In this document: positions 1 through 12,200 of the stretch, one piece after another | Layout: every line of letters starts with the position of its first letter | Numbering within the stretch: the stretch's first letter is position 1 | NCBI RefSeq assembly: GCF_004010195.1 | Contig: NC_057717.1 | Span: 105,231,927 to 105,271,681 of the forward strand | DNA length: 39,755 nucleotides | Source of the DNA: Chiloscyllium plagiosum | Taxonomy: Eukaryota | Reading direction: 5' to 3' | Program-made: the position numbers and the translations under genes | The notes under the pieces: generated by a model | Databases searched by the model: none | Seen by the model: the letters and a program-made list of their open reading frames with translations, nothing else | Told to the model about the DNA's origin: nothing

Positions 1-180
1 CTGAGGCAAGCAGATTGGAGAAGATGAGGTCAAGTATGTTTTTACCTCTTATTGGTTTCCTCGCCACCCCTACAGTAGATCCAGTCAAGCAGCAATGCCC
101 TTTGGGATTCGACTTGCACAATCAGTAGTACTGCTGCCAAGCAACACTTGGTGAGGATTCTTGTATTCAGCTAAGTACAG
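1..180 (-). mobile_element. CR1-clade LINE family B, endonuclease fragment (runs off the window edge)
   Basis: Minus strand reads like HQ..LGSSTTD..RI.KGIAA...RKPIRGKNILDLIFSNL; homologous to the family-B copy at ~27870-27980. Confidence 0.6.
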
Positions 181-199
181 GTTTATATTACTCAAATTC

Positions 200-2375
200 T
201 TTAAGATCCATCTGTTTTTGAGATGAACCAAATAAACTTTCTCTTGTATATCTTTTCTGAGATAAGGGGACCAAACGTTTTCACAGTATTTTTGGGGTGA
301 TCTAATCAATGATTTGTACAGTTTTAGCAAGATTTTCCTATTTTTATACTCCATTCCACTTTGAACAAAGGCCAACATTCCATTTGCATTCCCTATTACC
401 CACTGAACTTGGATGCTGGCTTTTTGTGATTCTTGCACGAGGATCCTTAAGCCCCTCTATACTGCAGCTTTCAGCAGTTTTTCTCGATTTAATTAATATT
501 CACTTTCTCTACTCTTTCTGTCAAAGTGCATGAACTCGCATTTTCCCACATTTTAGTCCAACTGACAACTTGTTTGCCTACTCACTTGGTGTCACCTTCA
601 TCTGTTGCCTCCCATCTACTTTTGTGACCATTACGAACTTGGAGATGTTACATTCAGTTCCTCATCCAAGTAATTAATACATATTGGAAATAATTGTGGC
701 TATAGCACTGACCCCTGTACCACTCCACTAATTACAGGTTGCTATTCTGAAAATGTCCTCTGAAACTGTCCCAACTCTCTGTCTCCTATTCGTTAGCCAA
801 TCCTCTAAGTATCATAATATATTACCTGCAACACTTGGGCTCTTATTTAGTAGCTTTATGTGCAATACCTTTTCAAATACATTTTGGAAACCAAATTAAT
901 TACATCTACTGGTTCCTCTTTAACTATCCAGCTTGTTATCCCCCGAAAGAATTCTAATAACTTTTTCAGGCATGATTTCCCCTTCATGAAGCCATGCTGA
1001 CTCTTCTTGAACATATTGGAGGACATTTAAATGCTCTATTATTACATCCTTTATTAATAAACACTAACTTTTTCTCACTAACAAATATTAAGCTAATGGG
1101 CCTTTCGCTGTCTGTCTTTATCTCCCTCCCTTTATGAGCAAGGATAGCACATTGGCAGTTTTCCAATCTCCTGGACGTTTCCAGAATCTAAGGATTCTTG
1201 GAAGATTACTATCAGCCCATCAGGTCTTAGAGATTAATCAGCCTTTAGACCTATTAGTAACCCTGGTGTTTTTTCTCTTGTGATAATTAATCTATTTGTA
1301 TCCTCCATACCTCTGCCCTAGATTATTTGCCATTTTTGGAATCCTATTAGTGTCTTCTAATGTGAAGATTGATGCAAAATCCTCAACTCCTCTACCAGTT
1401 CTTAGTTTCCTGTTATTATTTCCTCAGTCTCATTCTAAAGGGCTTACATTGTTCCTCGGCAGTTTTTTCTACTGAACACCTTACCCAGTCCACTCCGGCC
1501 ACCTCTGCCCTCATTCAGAGGTAGTTACCCTTAATTAAATTCAGCACTATTGTTTCTGACACAAGTTGCCCATTCTCAAGCCAAATGCCAAATTGTACAA
1601 TGTTATGGTCACTGTTTCCTACAGGATCTTTTACACTAACATTATTTATTAAACCTGCCTCATTACACATTATCAGATCCAAAATAGTCTGATCCCTGAT
1701 TGGATACTCAATACAATGCTCTAGGAAACTGTCCAAAATACACACTTTGAATTCTTCCTGGTCAACAATGATTTATATACTGCTTTGCTTACCTTCTTCC
1801 CTTTGCTATTTCTTACCTCCACCCGTACGGATCCCATATCTTCCTATCCAAGATAATTTCTTGCTATTGTACTTATTCCATCTTGTACTAAAAAAGCTAC
1901 CCCACCACCTTTTCCTTTCTGCCTGGCCTTCTGAAAAGTTATGTATCCATGAATGTTTCACTCCCAGCTTTGCTCCTTATTACTATGTCTCCAAAACAGG
2001 TATAAAATCATGTCCATTAAGCTCTATTTATATTGATAATTAATATAGTTTGTTCTGAATACTATGTGCATTTAAATAAAGAGCTATTAATTTTGCCTTT
2101 TTACCATTTTCATCACAGTGACCCTGTTTGTTGTTTATTTTTAAAATCATGTTTGTACACTCTGTCCCTTCCTGTCCTATTCTAGGCATCATTACCTAAC
2201 TAGCTTCTCTGCAATGCTGCCTTTTTTTTTGCTGTATAAGCAATACATAGCCCCTCTCTGAACCCTCCCTTCCTCTATTTAGCTTAAAGCCCTCTCTACA
2301 GCCCTATTCAATTTGGCACTGTTCCCAGAATGATTTAAGTAAAGCTCATCCCACTGAAACAGCTCCCTTCTACCC
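200..2375 (-). mobile_element. Degenerate CR1 LINE (ORF1 esterase C-terminus, APE endonuclease, RT, with internal deletions)
   Basis: ORF 1515-1745 P.RDQTILDL.MCNE...DPVGNSDHN (endonuclease end); ORF 85-438 ANGMLAF...LLKLYKSLIR..WSPYLRKDI (RT C-terminus); ORF1-like tail near 2280-2375. Confidence 0.8.
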
Positions 2376-2377
2376 AC

Positions 2378-2990
2378 TGTTGCAGCAGCTAAGAACTCTT
2401 TTACAATAATTATATATCTTTGTTCTGTTTTGGTCAAAGAATGAGAAACACAGTACACCAGTCTTCACTTAATTTACCCCGGAATCTGAAAAAGTGCACC
2501 TCTCATCCAGTCGATGATACTTCTCTGACAATAATTGTTGGCTCATTATAATTCAGAACTGCCAATGTGTTCAGTGATATTAACATTTCCTTAATCCTTT
2601 TAAACAACATTTGGCTTCTTCCCAGCAGAGAACCTGGTCTTGCCTTAGCAACGGATATAATGGTTCATTCATATTTGTTAAATTGGCGAAAAACTTCCCC
2701 ACTAGATTTACCATCCCCATGATTCACTAGAACTTGGTAACATTTTAAGGAGGCCAAAATTTTTAATCACTCTGGCTTTATGAGGATCTGCTTTGACTCC
2801 TGATTCATATGCAAAGGCACCCTAGGAATTTAATAGTCATTGTGAAAATTCACATTTATGATTACGGGCAAGACCTGATTCTTGTGGATGTTATAGCACA
2901 GATGACCTTCTGTCATCATGTTCCCAAGTCCATGAATTAGAGAGTCAACCATGTGGAAAATTACTCCCTCCAATAACTCCAGGATACTCA
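2378..2990 (-). mobile_element. Gypsy/Ty3 LTR retrotransposon pol fragment (RT-RNase H), pseudogenized
   Basis: Manual minus-strand translation across frameshifts: ILELLEGVIFHMVDSLIHG (YxDD region)...KCEFS..IKFLG..GVKADP..MGMVNLVGKF..NEPLYPLLR..PTIIVREVSSTG..VSHSLTKTEQRY..KEFLAA. Confidence 0.75.
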
Positions 2991-3077
2991 CGATGTGGAA
3001 GTGCCAGTGTTGGACTGGGGTGGACAAAGTTAAAAATCATACAACACCAAGTTATAGTCCAACTGGTTTATTTGGAA

Positions 3078-3114
3078 GTACAAGCTTTCAGAGCGCTGTT
3101 CCTTCATCAGGCAG
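3078..3114 (-). ncRNA. Minimal hammerhead ribozyme motif in PLE terminus
   Basis: Minus strand cugc-CUGAUGA-aggaacagcgcucu-GAAA-gcuu-guac; intact core boxes, imperfect stem II, palindromic AAGCUU in place of stem III. Confidence 0.65.
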
Positions 3115-3514
3115 CTAGTGGGGCAGGATCATAGGACACAGAATTTATAGTAAATGATCAAAGTGTCATACAACTGATGCAAAGTATTGAACAAACCTAG
3201 ATTGCTGTTAAAGTTTTAATGACTTAGACTGACACAGGTTTCGAGTAATTAATATGTAAATTCTTTCAAGTCACAGTCCCAACATAATTTAAGGTTTTAT
3301 AAAAGAAAGGTGGCATCTCAGCTCAGACGATGCATTAAAGGTGTGAGGTTAGAATATGTCTGTATCCCAACCTTTGAGACAGACTGGTTCTATTTCCATA
3401 GTAGGAATTTATAAAATGTCACATGGACTGACTGCCTATAAATTATGTGATTTTTGAATGAAATAGAATGTATCTGCAAATACAAATCTGCAAATGCAAA
3501 TTCACTCCATAGAC

Positions 3515-3745
3515 TTATATGTGTATGTGCATGCATGTGTGAGACAGAGAGAGTGTGTGTATGTGGGACAGAGGGTGAAAGTATGTGAGTGTGTGCATGC
3601 ATGCTTGATAGTGTGTGTGCAAATGTGACAAAGTATATGCCTGTGAGAGGGTGTGCACATGAGTTTGTGTGGGTATGTGTGTGTCTGAGAGACAGCATGT
3701 GTATGAGAAGGGGTCTGTGTGAGTGTGTGAGTGAGAGTGTATAAT
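3515..3745. repeat. Imperfect (GT/GA)n microsatellite-like tract inside the PLE
   Basis: Run of gtgt/gaga units; source of the His/Thr-rich spurious ORFs 3390-3758 and 3502-3813. Confidence 0.8.
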
Positions 3746-5959
3746 GTAGTGGTGTCACCTGTAGTGTGACATGAACCCCAGATCCTGGTTAAGGCCATTC
3801 TCACGAGTACCAAACTTGGTTATCAGTCTCTGCTCGGCAACTCTGCGTTATTGCATATCGCAAAGTCCGCCTTGGAGGACAGTCATCCAAATGTCCAAGG
3901 TCGAATGTTCTTGACTGCTGAAGTGTTCCCCGACTGGAAGTGTTCCCTGTCTGGCGATTGTTGCATGATTCATCCATTGTCATAAATCTGTTTGGTCTCG
4001 CCATAGACCATACCTCGGAGCATCCTTACTTGCAGCGCATGAGATAGACAACATTGGCTGAGTCACATGAGGACCTGCTATACATGTGGTGGGTGGTGTC
4101 CCCACATGTAATAGCAGTATCCTTGTCGACCGTCTGACAAGTCTTGCAGTGGTTTCTATGACAGGGTTGTATGATGTTGTAGTAGTTTGCTGCAAACAAT
4201 GGTCTGTTTAAGGATTGGCAGTTGTCTTAAGGCAAGAAGTGGAGACGTAGTGAAGATCTTCGCAAGGTGCCCATCCTCTTCAATAATGTGTTGCAGGCTG
4301 TGATGAACATGGCGTAATTTCTCCACTCCCGGGAAGTACTGGATGATAAAGGCTACCCTATCGGTCGTATCCCATGTCTGTCTACTGAGAAGGTCATTAC
4401 GGTTTCTCACTGTGGCACGACGAAACTGGTGATCGATGAATTGAGCATCACATCCTGTTCTTGTGAGGGCATCCTTCAGCACTTTCAGGTGTCCATCGTG
4501 TTCCTCCATATCTGAACAGATCCTGTGTATGCGTAGGGTTTGTCTGTAGGAGATGGCTGCTTTAATATGTTCAGGGTGGAAGGCTAGAGAAGTGCAACAT
4601 CGTGAAGTTATCCGTGGGCTTGTGGCAGAGAAACAGGATACTCAACATTATTATTCTTTTTCATGTTCCAGACTTGAAACTGTTTCATCTCCCAAAAATA
4701 TACTTCTCAAGTCCATGGTCCTTTTGTGGAAGAACTACTTACAGCTAGGTATTTACATGCATTATCTTCACTTGAGGTTACAGCTTCTCCTTCCTCCCAG
4801 GTCTCACCACCTACTCATGAAGCTCTGACATCTTTACATAACCATCATCTTCTGCCCCTCTACCCTTTCAAGTCTTACTCCAAGCATGTTTAGATTCTAT
4901 GTATCGCTATCAAAAATCTCAAGCTTTGTGGTACTGACCAATCTCTGTGATGTAGTCCTGAACTCCTTTAGAGATGTGAGAGTGTTCTGTTCATGGTGGT
5001 TGTAGAACTTTCTTCTTCTGAATAGAGTACTAAACCCAAGTTTCTATTGATTTCTTGTTTAACGATATTAACGTGAGTATGTCAAGCTTATGTCCTCAGT
5101 GCACTCCTCAACTGAAAAGCATATACTAGGCTGAAGAAAGGACAGTTTTCACCTTTATTATCTCAAACGTGTCCTGCAAAGAGCTGCCAAGGGTCTGATG
5201 CACGTAAATTCTGTCAGCATACTGTTTATGATGGAATTTGGGGAGTACACAGTTGTTCTGATCCCACTGCGGTATAGGTAACAATTGCCAAAATGACCAA
5301 TTAAACCACCACATTTCTTAAACTTTTTTGTTGATTATTTAATGAAGATGCAGTTATTGGTTCACATACATAATGAATAATTTGGAAGTAAAATACTTAT
5401 GCCTCACAAACACACACACACATAAGAGCACATAGACACACACTCCCTCCTTTCCTCTCTTTCTTCAGGAAAAGATGAAAAAAGGATTAGCTTTCTGAAA
5501 AGAAAATTTTGGCCAATGGGCTATTATTCAAGGCTAAAGGATAAATGTAGAGTGTTCTGGAGTCTACTGTTGATGTTCTAGCAGTGTGTTCAATCACTAA
5601 TCAAACATGGCTGTCTGAGGCCTTGCAGACAAATCTTGCTCAGAAAATACAATCTTAACATGTTTCTTCAATAAATCTTCCAAAAAAAAAGTCTGAAATC
5701 AATGAGAGATATTTCTTTTCAAGAATGGGAGAGATCAAATCGGCACTTTGTTCTCAGCAAGCTTTCCTCCAATTCAGCCTGCTCTTTGTAGGTTTTCCTC
5801 CAAATAAACCAGACAAAATAAGAATCTCCAGCCAGTCACTGTTTAAAACAACCCTAACAAGGATAAAAGCAAATTACTGCGGATGCTGGAATCTGAAACC
5901 AAAAGAGAAAATGCTGGAAAATCTCAGCAGGTCTAGCAGCATTTGCAAGGAGAGAAAAG

Positions 5960-5997
5960 AGCTGACGTTTCGAATCTAACTGACCTTTGTCAAAGCT
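5960..5997 (-). ncRNA. Variant hammerhead motif (U3-A8 core)
   Basis: Minus strand agcu-UUGACAA-aggucaguuagauuc-GAAAC-GUC-agcu; 4-bp stem I, weakened stem II. Confidence 0.5.
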
Positions 5998-6140
5998 AAA
6001 AAAAGGGAGAAATAGGGAGGTATTTGTATGAGGCTGAGAGAAGGTGAGGAGAAAGTGAGGACTGCAGATGCTGGAGATCAGAGCTGAAAATGTATTGCTG
6101 GAAAAGCGCAGCAGATCAGGCAGCATCCAAGGAGCAGGAG

Positions 6141-6176
6141 AATCGACGTTTCGGGCATAAGCCCTTCTTCAGGAAT
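6141..6176 (-). ncRNA. Minimal hammerhead ribozyme motif in PLE terminus
   Basis: Minus strand auuc-CUGAAGA-a-GGGC-uuau-GCCC-GAAAC-GUC-gauu: intact core, perfect stem II, GUC cleavage triplet. Confidence 0.8.
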
Positions 6177-6312
6177 GAGGAAAGTGTGTCCAGCAGGCTA
6201 AGATAAAAGGTAGGGAGGAGGGGCTTGGGGAAGGAGCATTGGAAATGCGATAGGTGGAAGGAGGTAAAGGTGAGGGTGATAGGCCGGAGTGGGGTGGGGG
6301 CGGAGAGGTCAG

Positions 6313-6403
6313 NNNNNNNNNNNNNNNNNNNNNNNNNNNNNNNNNNNNNNNNNNNNNNNNNNNNNNNNNNNNNNNNNNNNNNNNNNNNNNNNNNNNNNNN
6401 NNN
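6313..6403. other. Assembly gap (91 N)
   Basis: Run of n within the inner PLE. Confidence 0.99.
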
Positions 6404-8029
6404 ACTGGGTGGTTGGGTTGGTTGGTCCGGGTGTCCCAGAGGTGTTCTCTGAAGCGTTCCGCAAGTAGGCGGCCTGTCTCCCCAATATAGAGGAGGCCAC
6501 ATCGGGTGCAGCGGATGCAGTAAATGATGTGTGTGGAGGTGCAGGTGAATTTGTGGCGGATTTGGAAGGATCCCTTGGGGCCTTGGAGGGAAGTAAGGGG
6601 GGAGGTGTGGGCGCAAGTTTTGCACTTCTTGCGGTTGCAGGGGAAGGTGCCAGGAGTGGAGATTGGGTTGGTGGGGAATGTAGACCTGACGAGGGAGTCA
6701 CGGAGGGAGTGGTCTTTTCGGAACGCTGATAGGGGAGGGGAGGGAAATATATCCCTGGTGATGGGTTCCGTTTGGAGGTGGCGGAAATGACGATGGATGA
6801 TACGATGTATATGGAGGTTGATGGGGTGGTAGGTGAGGACCAGTGGGGTTCTGTCCTGGTGGCGATTGGAGGGGCGGGGCTCAAGGACGGAGGAGCGGGA
6901 AGTGGAGGAGATGTGGTGGAGGGCATCGTCGATCACATCTGGAGGGAAATTGCGGTCTTTGAGGAAGGAGGCCATCTGGGTTGTACGGTATTGGAACTGG
7001 TCCTCCTGGGAGCAGATGCGGCAGAGATGAAGGAATTGGGAATATGGGATGGCGTTTTTACAGGGGGCAGGGTGGGAGGAGGTGTAGTTTAGGTAGCTGT
7101 GGGAGTCGGACGGTTTATAGTAAATGTTCGTGTTGATTCGGTCGCCCGATATAGAAATGGAAAGGTCTAGGAAGGGAAGGGAGGAGTCTGAGACGGTCCA
7201 GGTAAATTTGAGGTCGGGGTGGAAGGTGTTGGTAAAGTGGATGAATTATTCAACCTCCTCGTGGGAGCATGAGGCAGCGCTGATACAGTCATTGATGTAG
7301 CGGAGGAAAAGGTGGGAGGTGGTGCCAGTGTAGCTGCGGAAGATGGACTGTTCCACATATCCTACAAAGAGGCAGGCATAGCTAGGGCCCATGCGGGCGC
7401 TCATGGCTACTCCTTTGGTTTGGAGGAAGTGGGAGGATTGGAAAGAGAAGTTGTTCAGGGTGAGGACCAGTTCAGTCAGTCGAAGGAGGGTGTCAGTGGA
7501 AGGGTACTGGTTGGTACGGCGGGAAAGGAAGAAGTGGAGGGCTTTGAGTCCTTCGTAATGGGGGATGGAGGTGTACAGGGACTGGATGTCCATGGTGAAG
7601 ATAAGGCGTTGGGGACCAGGGAAGCGAAAATCATGGAGGAGGTGGAGGGCATGGGTGGTGTCCTGAATGTAGATGGGGAGTTCTTGGGCTAAGGGAGACA
7701 GGACCGTGTCGAGGTATGCAGAGATGAGAGAAGGTGAGTCACGGTTCCAGAAGCAAAGGTAGCAATAAAGAGATGATAATGACAGTGCATAGAGAGATTA
7801 TAGGGAGATTAGGAGCTGTGAATAACAAGGATGTACATCAAAGCAACCTTTACACAAAGCCTTGTTTTAAAAAAACTCCACTGAGTTGTCAATCATTAAA
7901 GAAATCATTTCAAGTATCTCCACAAAACCCAAAGTAAATTCATTCTGCTCAACCCTTTAAAACTTAAGTCCTCCAAGCAGCATTTAGTATAAAGTATCTT
8001 AGTAATAACATTGCTAAGCCATCGATTTC

Positions 8030-8460
8030 TGAGCCCACTCAGCCATACTCATTGGCTGTCAGCCATTCAAAGACCTTCCGAATGGTAAATTTCCACTACC
8101 TCATAATCTTCTGGGTGCCATACAACGCTACAATGATACCTTCGAGCAAGGTATGAAGAGGGCAGATTTTGACACAACAACTAGGAGATAGTAACTGACA
8201 GCCATGGCCTCTAAAGTATGACTGGAAGGATAATGTCAGAGGTGAGCAGAAACAAAAAGGTCAGCTGGCCATGAAGAGGGCCCAGAGAAAACAAAGGCTC
8301 ACACATCATGCACTCTTAATCCCACTGTCTTCTCCTACAGCAAATGTGGCAGAAATTGACATGCCAAAGAATGAGACCCCTGAGTCACAACATGTGATGT
8401 TTAACACAGAGTTGACTATTATACCACAAAATATCAAAGACAGAAGACTTCCACAGACCA
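8030..8460 (+). mobile_element. RTE-clade LINE 3' fragment, highly degenerate
   Basis: Remnants resembling PKDL..GE..RY.DT....MK.A.FD..WE, QLAMKRAQRKQR and a C-terminal zinc finger (SKCGRN..A...LSH). Confidence 0.55.
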
Positions 8461-8764
8461 TCACAGATTTGTAAGGGTTAATAGCATATTATTTCTATTG
8501 CTAAATATTAATAACATTCATAGCACTACACAAGCTCTGTTGCCCTGGCTTAATTTCCCCCTCAATCTGCTGCTTGTCTAATTTTATACATAAAAAGGAG
8601 CTATCCAATTGGCTCTTTCGATTGTATGCCAGTAATCAGTTAACTTATGCCATTCAGTATCTACAAGTACCCTTCAGCCCCACTGATGTTACATCCTTCC
8701 CATTATGTCAACCATTAGATCAGAAGCTAAGCAGTGAGTAACTCACCTCCTGACTCCCCAAAGC

Positions 8765-8910
8765 CCAGAGATGTGTAGGCTAGATGGATTAGCCATGGGA
8801 AATGCAGGGTTTCAGGAATAGGATGGGGAGTGGGTCTGGGTGGGGTGCCCTTCATAGGGTTGGTGTGCATTTAATGGGCTGAAAGGCCTGCTTCCATACT
8901 GTAGGAGTTA
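8765..8910 (+). mobile_element. HE1-like (V-SINE) 3' fragment
   Basis: gatgtgtaggctagatggattagccatg V-domain-like core, followed by a CR1-type tail atgggctgaaaggcctgcttccatactgtagg. Confidence 0.6.
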
Positions 8911-8918
8911 CAAGAAAA

Positions 8919-9228
8919 TGAGCATAAACTCTATGCTGACACTGCAGTATAATACTGAAGGAATATTGCATTGACTCTGATGCCCTTTGCTGGATAACAT
9001 GCTGAACTACAGTTTCTGCCTATTGTGTTGAATGTTAAAGAAAAACAGAATTCTAGCCAATGGTCTTTTGTCAGATATTAAAATAACTGATCATTGTCTC
9101 ATTTGTTTGTCAGATCTCATTGTAATTAGAACAGTTACTGTGTTTGCCTACAAAAGCATTGTATACCCTGTACTTAGCTGCATTAAAAACATGTTAAGGT
9201 GTTTCAGAAATAAAGTCTATCTTTCTTC
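8919..9228 (+). mobile_element. Ancient DeuSINE (SacSINE1-like) remnant
   Basis: gagcataaactctatgctgacactgcagtataatactgaaggaatattgcattg resembles the recalled Deu-SINE body; tail aagtctatctttcttc. Confidence 0.5.
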
Positions 9229-12200
9229 AATGATGTTTGCTTTAATGTTACTAAATTAATTAAAAATTATATTATAAGGCATAGAAAAGTTTTGAATCCA
9301 GCTTTAAAATATGCTTCATGTCCAAGTTTAGAAATTTCTAAACACCTGAATCAAAGATTGGACTGTCCAGAACGCAAGGCCAGCTCCTGGTTTACAGTAT
9401 ATGTGACAGATTATTGAAACAAATGCTACACTGCAGATAGCTGGGAACATTTAAGCACCTAATGGGTTAATATGTAAACTCAAGTGTTGGAATTTGGGCC
9501 TGAGGAGATAGTGCTGAATAGCACAACTGCAGTAATTGGGAAAGCTAATTAGATGAAATGGAACAGCATTTAATGTAATTCAGATAATTGCCAACAACCC
9601 GTACTGTTTGAACTAATTAGCTTGCATTGTATAGAATTGAGAGAGCGCTATTTGAGGGTATTTGAAGGTATTGGGATTTCAAGTTTAATGGCTTGATTTT
9701 TCTAAAATGTTAAAATAACACTTCTGGTAATTTTGCATCATATCAGTGTTGCTCTTGCCAAACTAGCATATGCTGTTTTCTTAACTTCAATACAATGTTG
9801 ACTGATTATGTGCTTTCCAGAATTGAGATGACACAATATCAATATCATTTCACCTGTGGGACTTCAGGTCTGGCTTAGACTAATGGGTTGAAATTTTACA
9901 ATCTTTGCTGGACATATGATGAGATGGGTTTTGAGTTATTTCAATAAAGTGCACAGGGCTCCTACAAGACTCAACTACTCTGAATTGAGCAATAATTGCC
10001 AATGTCACTCAGACAAGCCTAATGATGGCTGATGTGTGAAATGAAAAATTGTCAAAGAAGATACTAATCAGAAACTGCTACATTATTGGGGCAGGTAGCT
10101 GAAACATCAGTGTACTGTGTTATAACTTATCCAAAAATGCCCATCATTGACTCATGATGCATATTTTAGAAAGAAAAGATCTTCTCAAGTATTAAAACCT
10201 CAATTTAAGTAACCTCAAAAATTTATAAATAAACAAATCTAACAGAGCACACCTCATTTCAAGGCATATATTAGACTAGGTGCATCACCAAAACACCTCC
10301 CAAACATCTCCCAAAATCTTTGTGGAGCATGTTTATGAGCAAGCATCATAAGACAATTTATAGAATTCTGCTCAATTGTATCAGTCTACAATTGATAACA
10401 TCACTAATATGACATCAGTGTAGAACACTCCCTACATATTGTGTTAATATCATCACAGCATTCCCACAGCCAGATTCAGGTTTCATGCAGAGTACACTTG
10501 CTCTATCCCAACAAGTACTCCTTTAGGTTAGAAACATGTAGGGGAACTGATGGCTTAGTGGTATTATCACTAGACTATTAATCCAGAAACTCAAATAATG
10601 TTCTGGTTCAAATTCCACACAGCAGATGCTGGAATTTGAATTCAATAAAAAACAAACTGGAATTAAGAATCTACTGATAATCATGAAATGATTGTCGACA
10701 GAAAACCCCATCTGGGTTCATTAATGTCCTTCAGGGAAAGAAATTTGCAAGCCTCACCTGATCTGGCCTACATGTGACTCTAAACTCACAGTAATGTGTT
10801 GCTTCACAATTTCCCTCTGAAATGGCCTAAAGGGCATACCATTTTGAAACAAAGTCTCAAAGAAGTGAAACCAGAGAGACCACCTGGCATTGACTGGAAA
10901 AGAGAATGGCAGAAACAGTCCTGTCGACCCTGCATATTCCTCCTTGGCTAGTGCCAAAATTATGACAGCTGTCTCACAAGACTATCAAGCAACAGTCTGA
11001 CAGTCATACTCACAGAAGCATATCTTACAGACAATCTCCCAGACATCACTATCACCATTCCCGATATTTGCTATTGGCAGGACAGATGGCAACACAGTGG
11101 TATACAGTCAGGAGGGAGTTGCCCTGGAAGTCGTCAACATTGATTCTGGACCCCTCCCCCAAGAAGTTTCATGGCTTCAGATTAAACATGGTTTAAGTGC
11201 TGGAGTAAGGCAACAACCTTCCGGCTCATACAAGTATTGCTAGTAACGGCACCTTGGCTGAAACAAATACAAGGATCCTCCTTGCAATCACCCAAGAAAT
11301 CATACAGTAGGGAAGACACCAAACATGAAACCTTTCTACTAGCACTGTTTCTTTAGATTCTCAATCCCATGTATATACCTCAGTACTTAAAAATCAAATG
11401 TCAGTTTGGTGAAGTTACAACATCAAACAACAGAAACAATCGGGTCAAGTAATCCCACAACCAATGGATAAAATCTAAACTCAACAGTTGTGCCGCATCC
11501 AGCCATGAATGCTAATGGACAATTAAATTAACTGGTTAAAGAGATGGCTCCATAAATATGCCTATTATCAAGAACGGAAGACTACTTCAGTGGAAAAGAC
11601 AAGTCAGGAGCATTTCCACCACCTTCAACTCGAGTACCCATGTGGATGATCCATCTCAACTTCCTCTGATGTCTCCAGCATCACAAATGCCAGTCTTCAA
11701 CTAACTTGATTTACACCATGTGAGATCAAGAAATGGGTGAAGACACTGAATGCTGCTATGGGGTCTGAAAGGAGTCTGGTAATGGTACTGAAGACATATG
11801 CTCCAGAACTAGCCACGCCTCTACCCAAGCTGTTCTAGTACAGCTACAACATTGGCATCTACCAAAATGGAAAATTGCCCAAGTGTGTCCTATGTTCAAA
11901 ACAAAGCAGGACAAATCCAACCTATGATCACTGTATCAGATGATTCTCAATCACCAGCAAAGTGATCTAAAGCTTCATCAATATTTCTGGCAAAGGATTG
12001 ACATGCTCATGCTCACAGACAATCAACTTGAGCTCTACTCCAAAACCCATAGCAGTTTTGGTCCAACCATTGTCAGAACTGAACTCTAGAGGTGAGGGGA
12101 GAGTGACTGCTCTTGGTATCAAGACAGTACTTTTCAGAGTATGGCATCAAAGAAACCTAGCAAAAGTAAAATCAAAGACAATTTTTAGATTTTCGTGTCG

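Larger units (their letters stand above)
2991..4633 (-). mobile_element. Penelope-like element, 5'-truncated (RT thumb, GIY-YIG, GT-rich tract, terminal repeat)
   Basis: RIHRICSDMEEHDGHLKVLKDALTRTG..IDHQFRRA (4156-4509); degenerate GIY-YIG CDSANVVYL.RC near 4000-4070; 11-bp TSD caggatactca at 2980-2990 and 4634-4644. Confidence 0.85.
6049..7724 (-). mobile_element. Penelope-like element (inner), 5'-truncated, RT plus GIY-YIG endonuclease
   Basis: RT motifs MDIQSLYTSIPH, QTKGVAMSARMGPSYA, FLRYIND (7246-7593); GIY-YIG CTSTHIIYCIRCTRCGLLYIGETGR..RFREH (6169-6975); 14-bp TSD tgagagaaggtgag at 6035-6048 and 7725-7738. Confidence 0.92.
5865..7822 (-). mobile_element. Short PLE terminal-repeat insertion (outer), split by a second PLE
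   Basis: 10-bp TSD taacaaggat at 5855-5864 and 7823-7832; outer sequence is 5865-6048 plus 7739-7822; hammerhead-like core at ~5960-5997. Confidence 0.75.

Noticed and set aside
3390..3813. His/Thr-rich ORFs
   Set aside because: Translations of the GT/CA microsatellite inside the PLE.
6225..7692. Multiple overlapping Pro-rich or Gly-rich ORFs
   Set aside because: Alternate frames and antisense of the C-rich PLE ORF; some merely read through the N gap.
10541..10620. tRNA gene
   Set aside because: Has A and B boxes but no convincing cloverleaf, and continues into retroelement body sequence.
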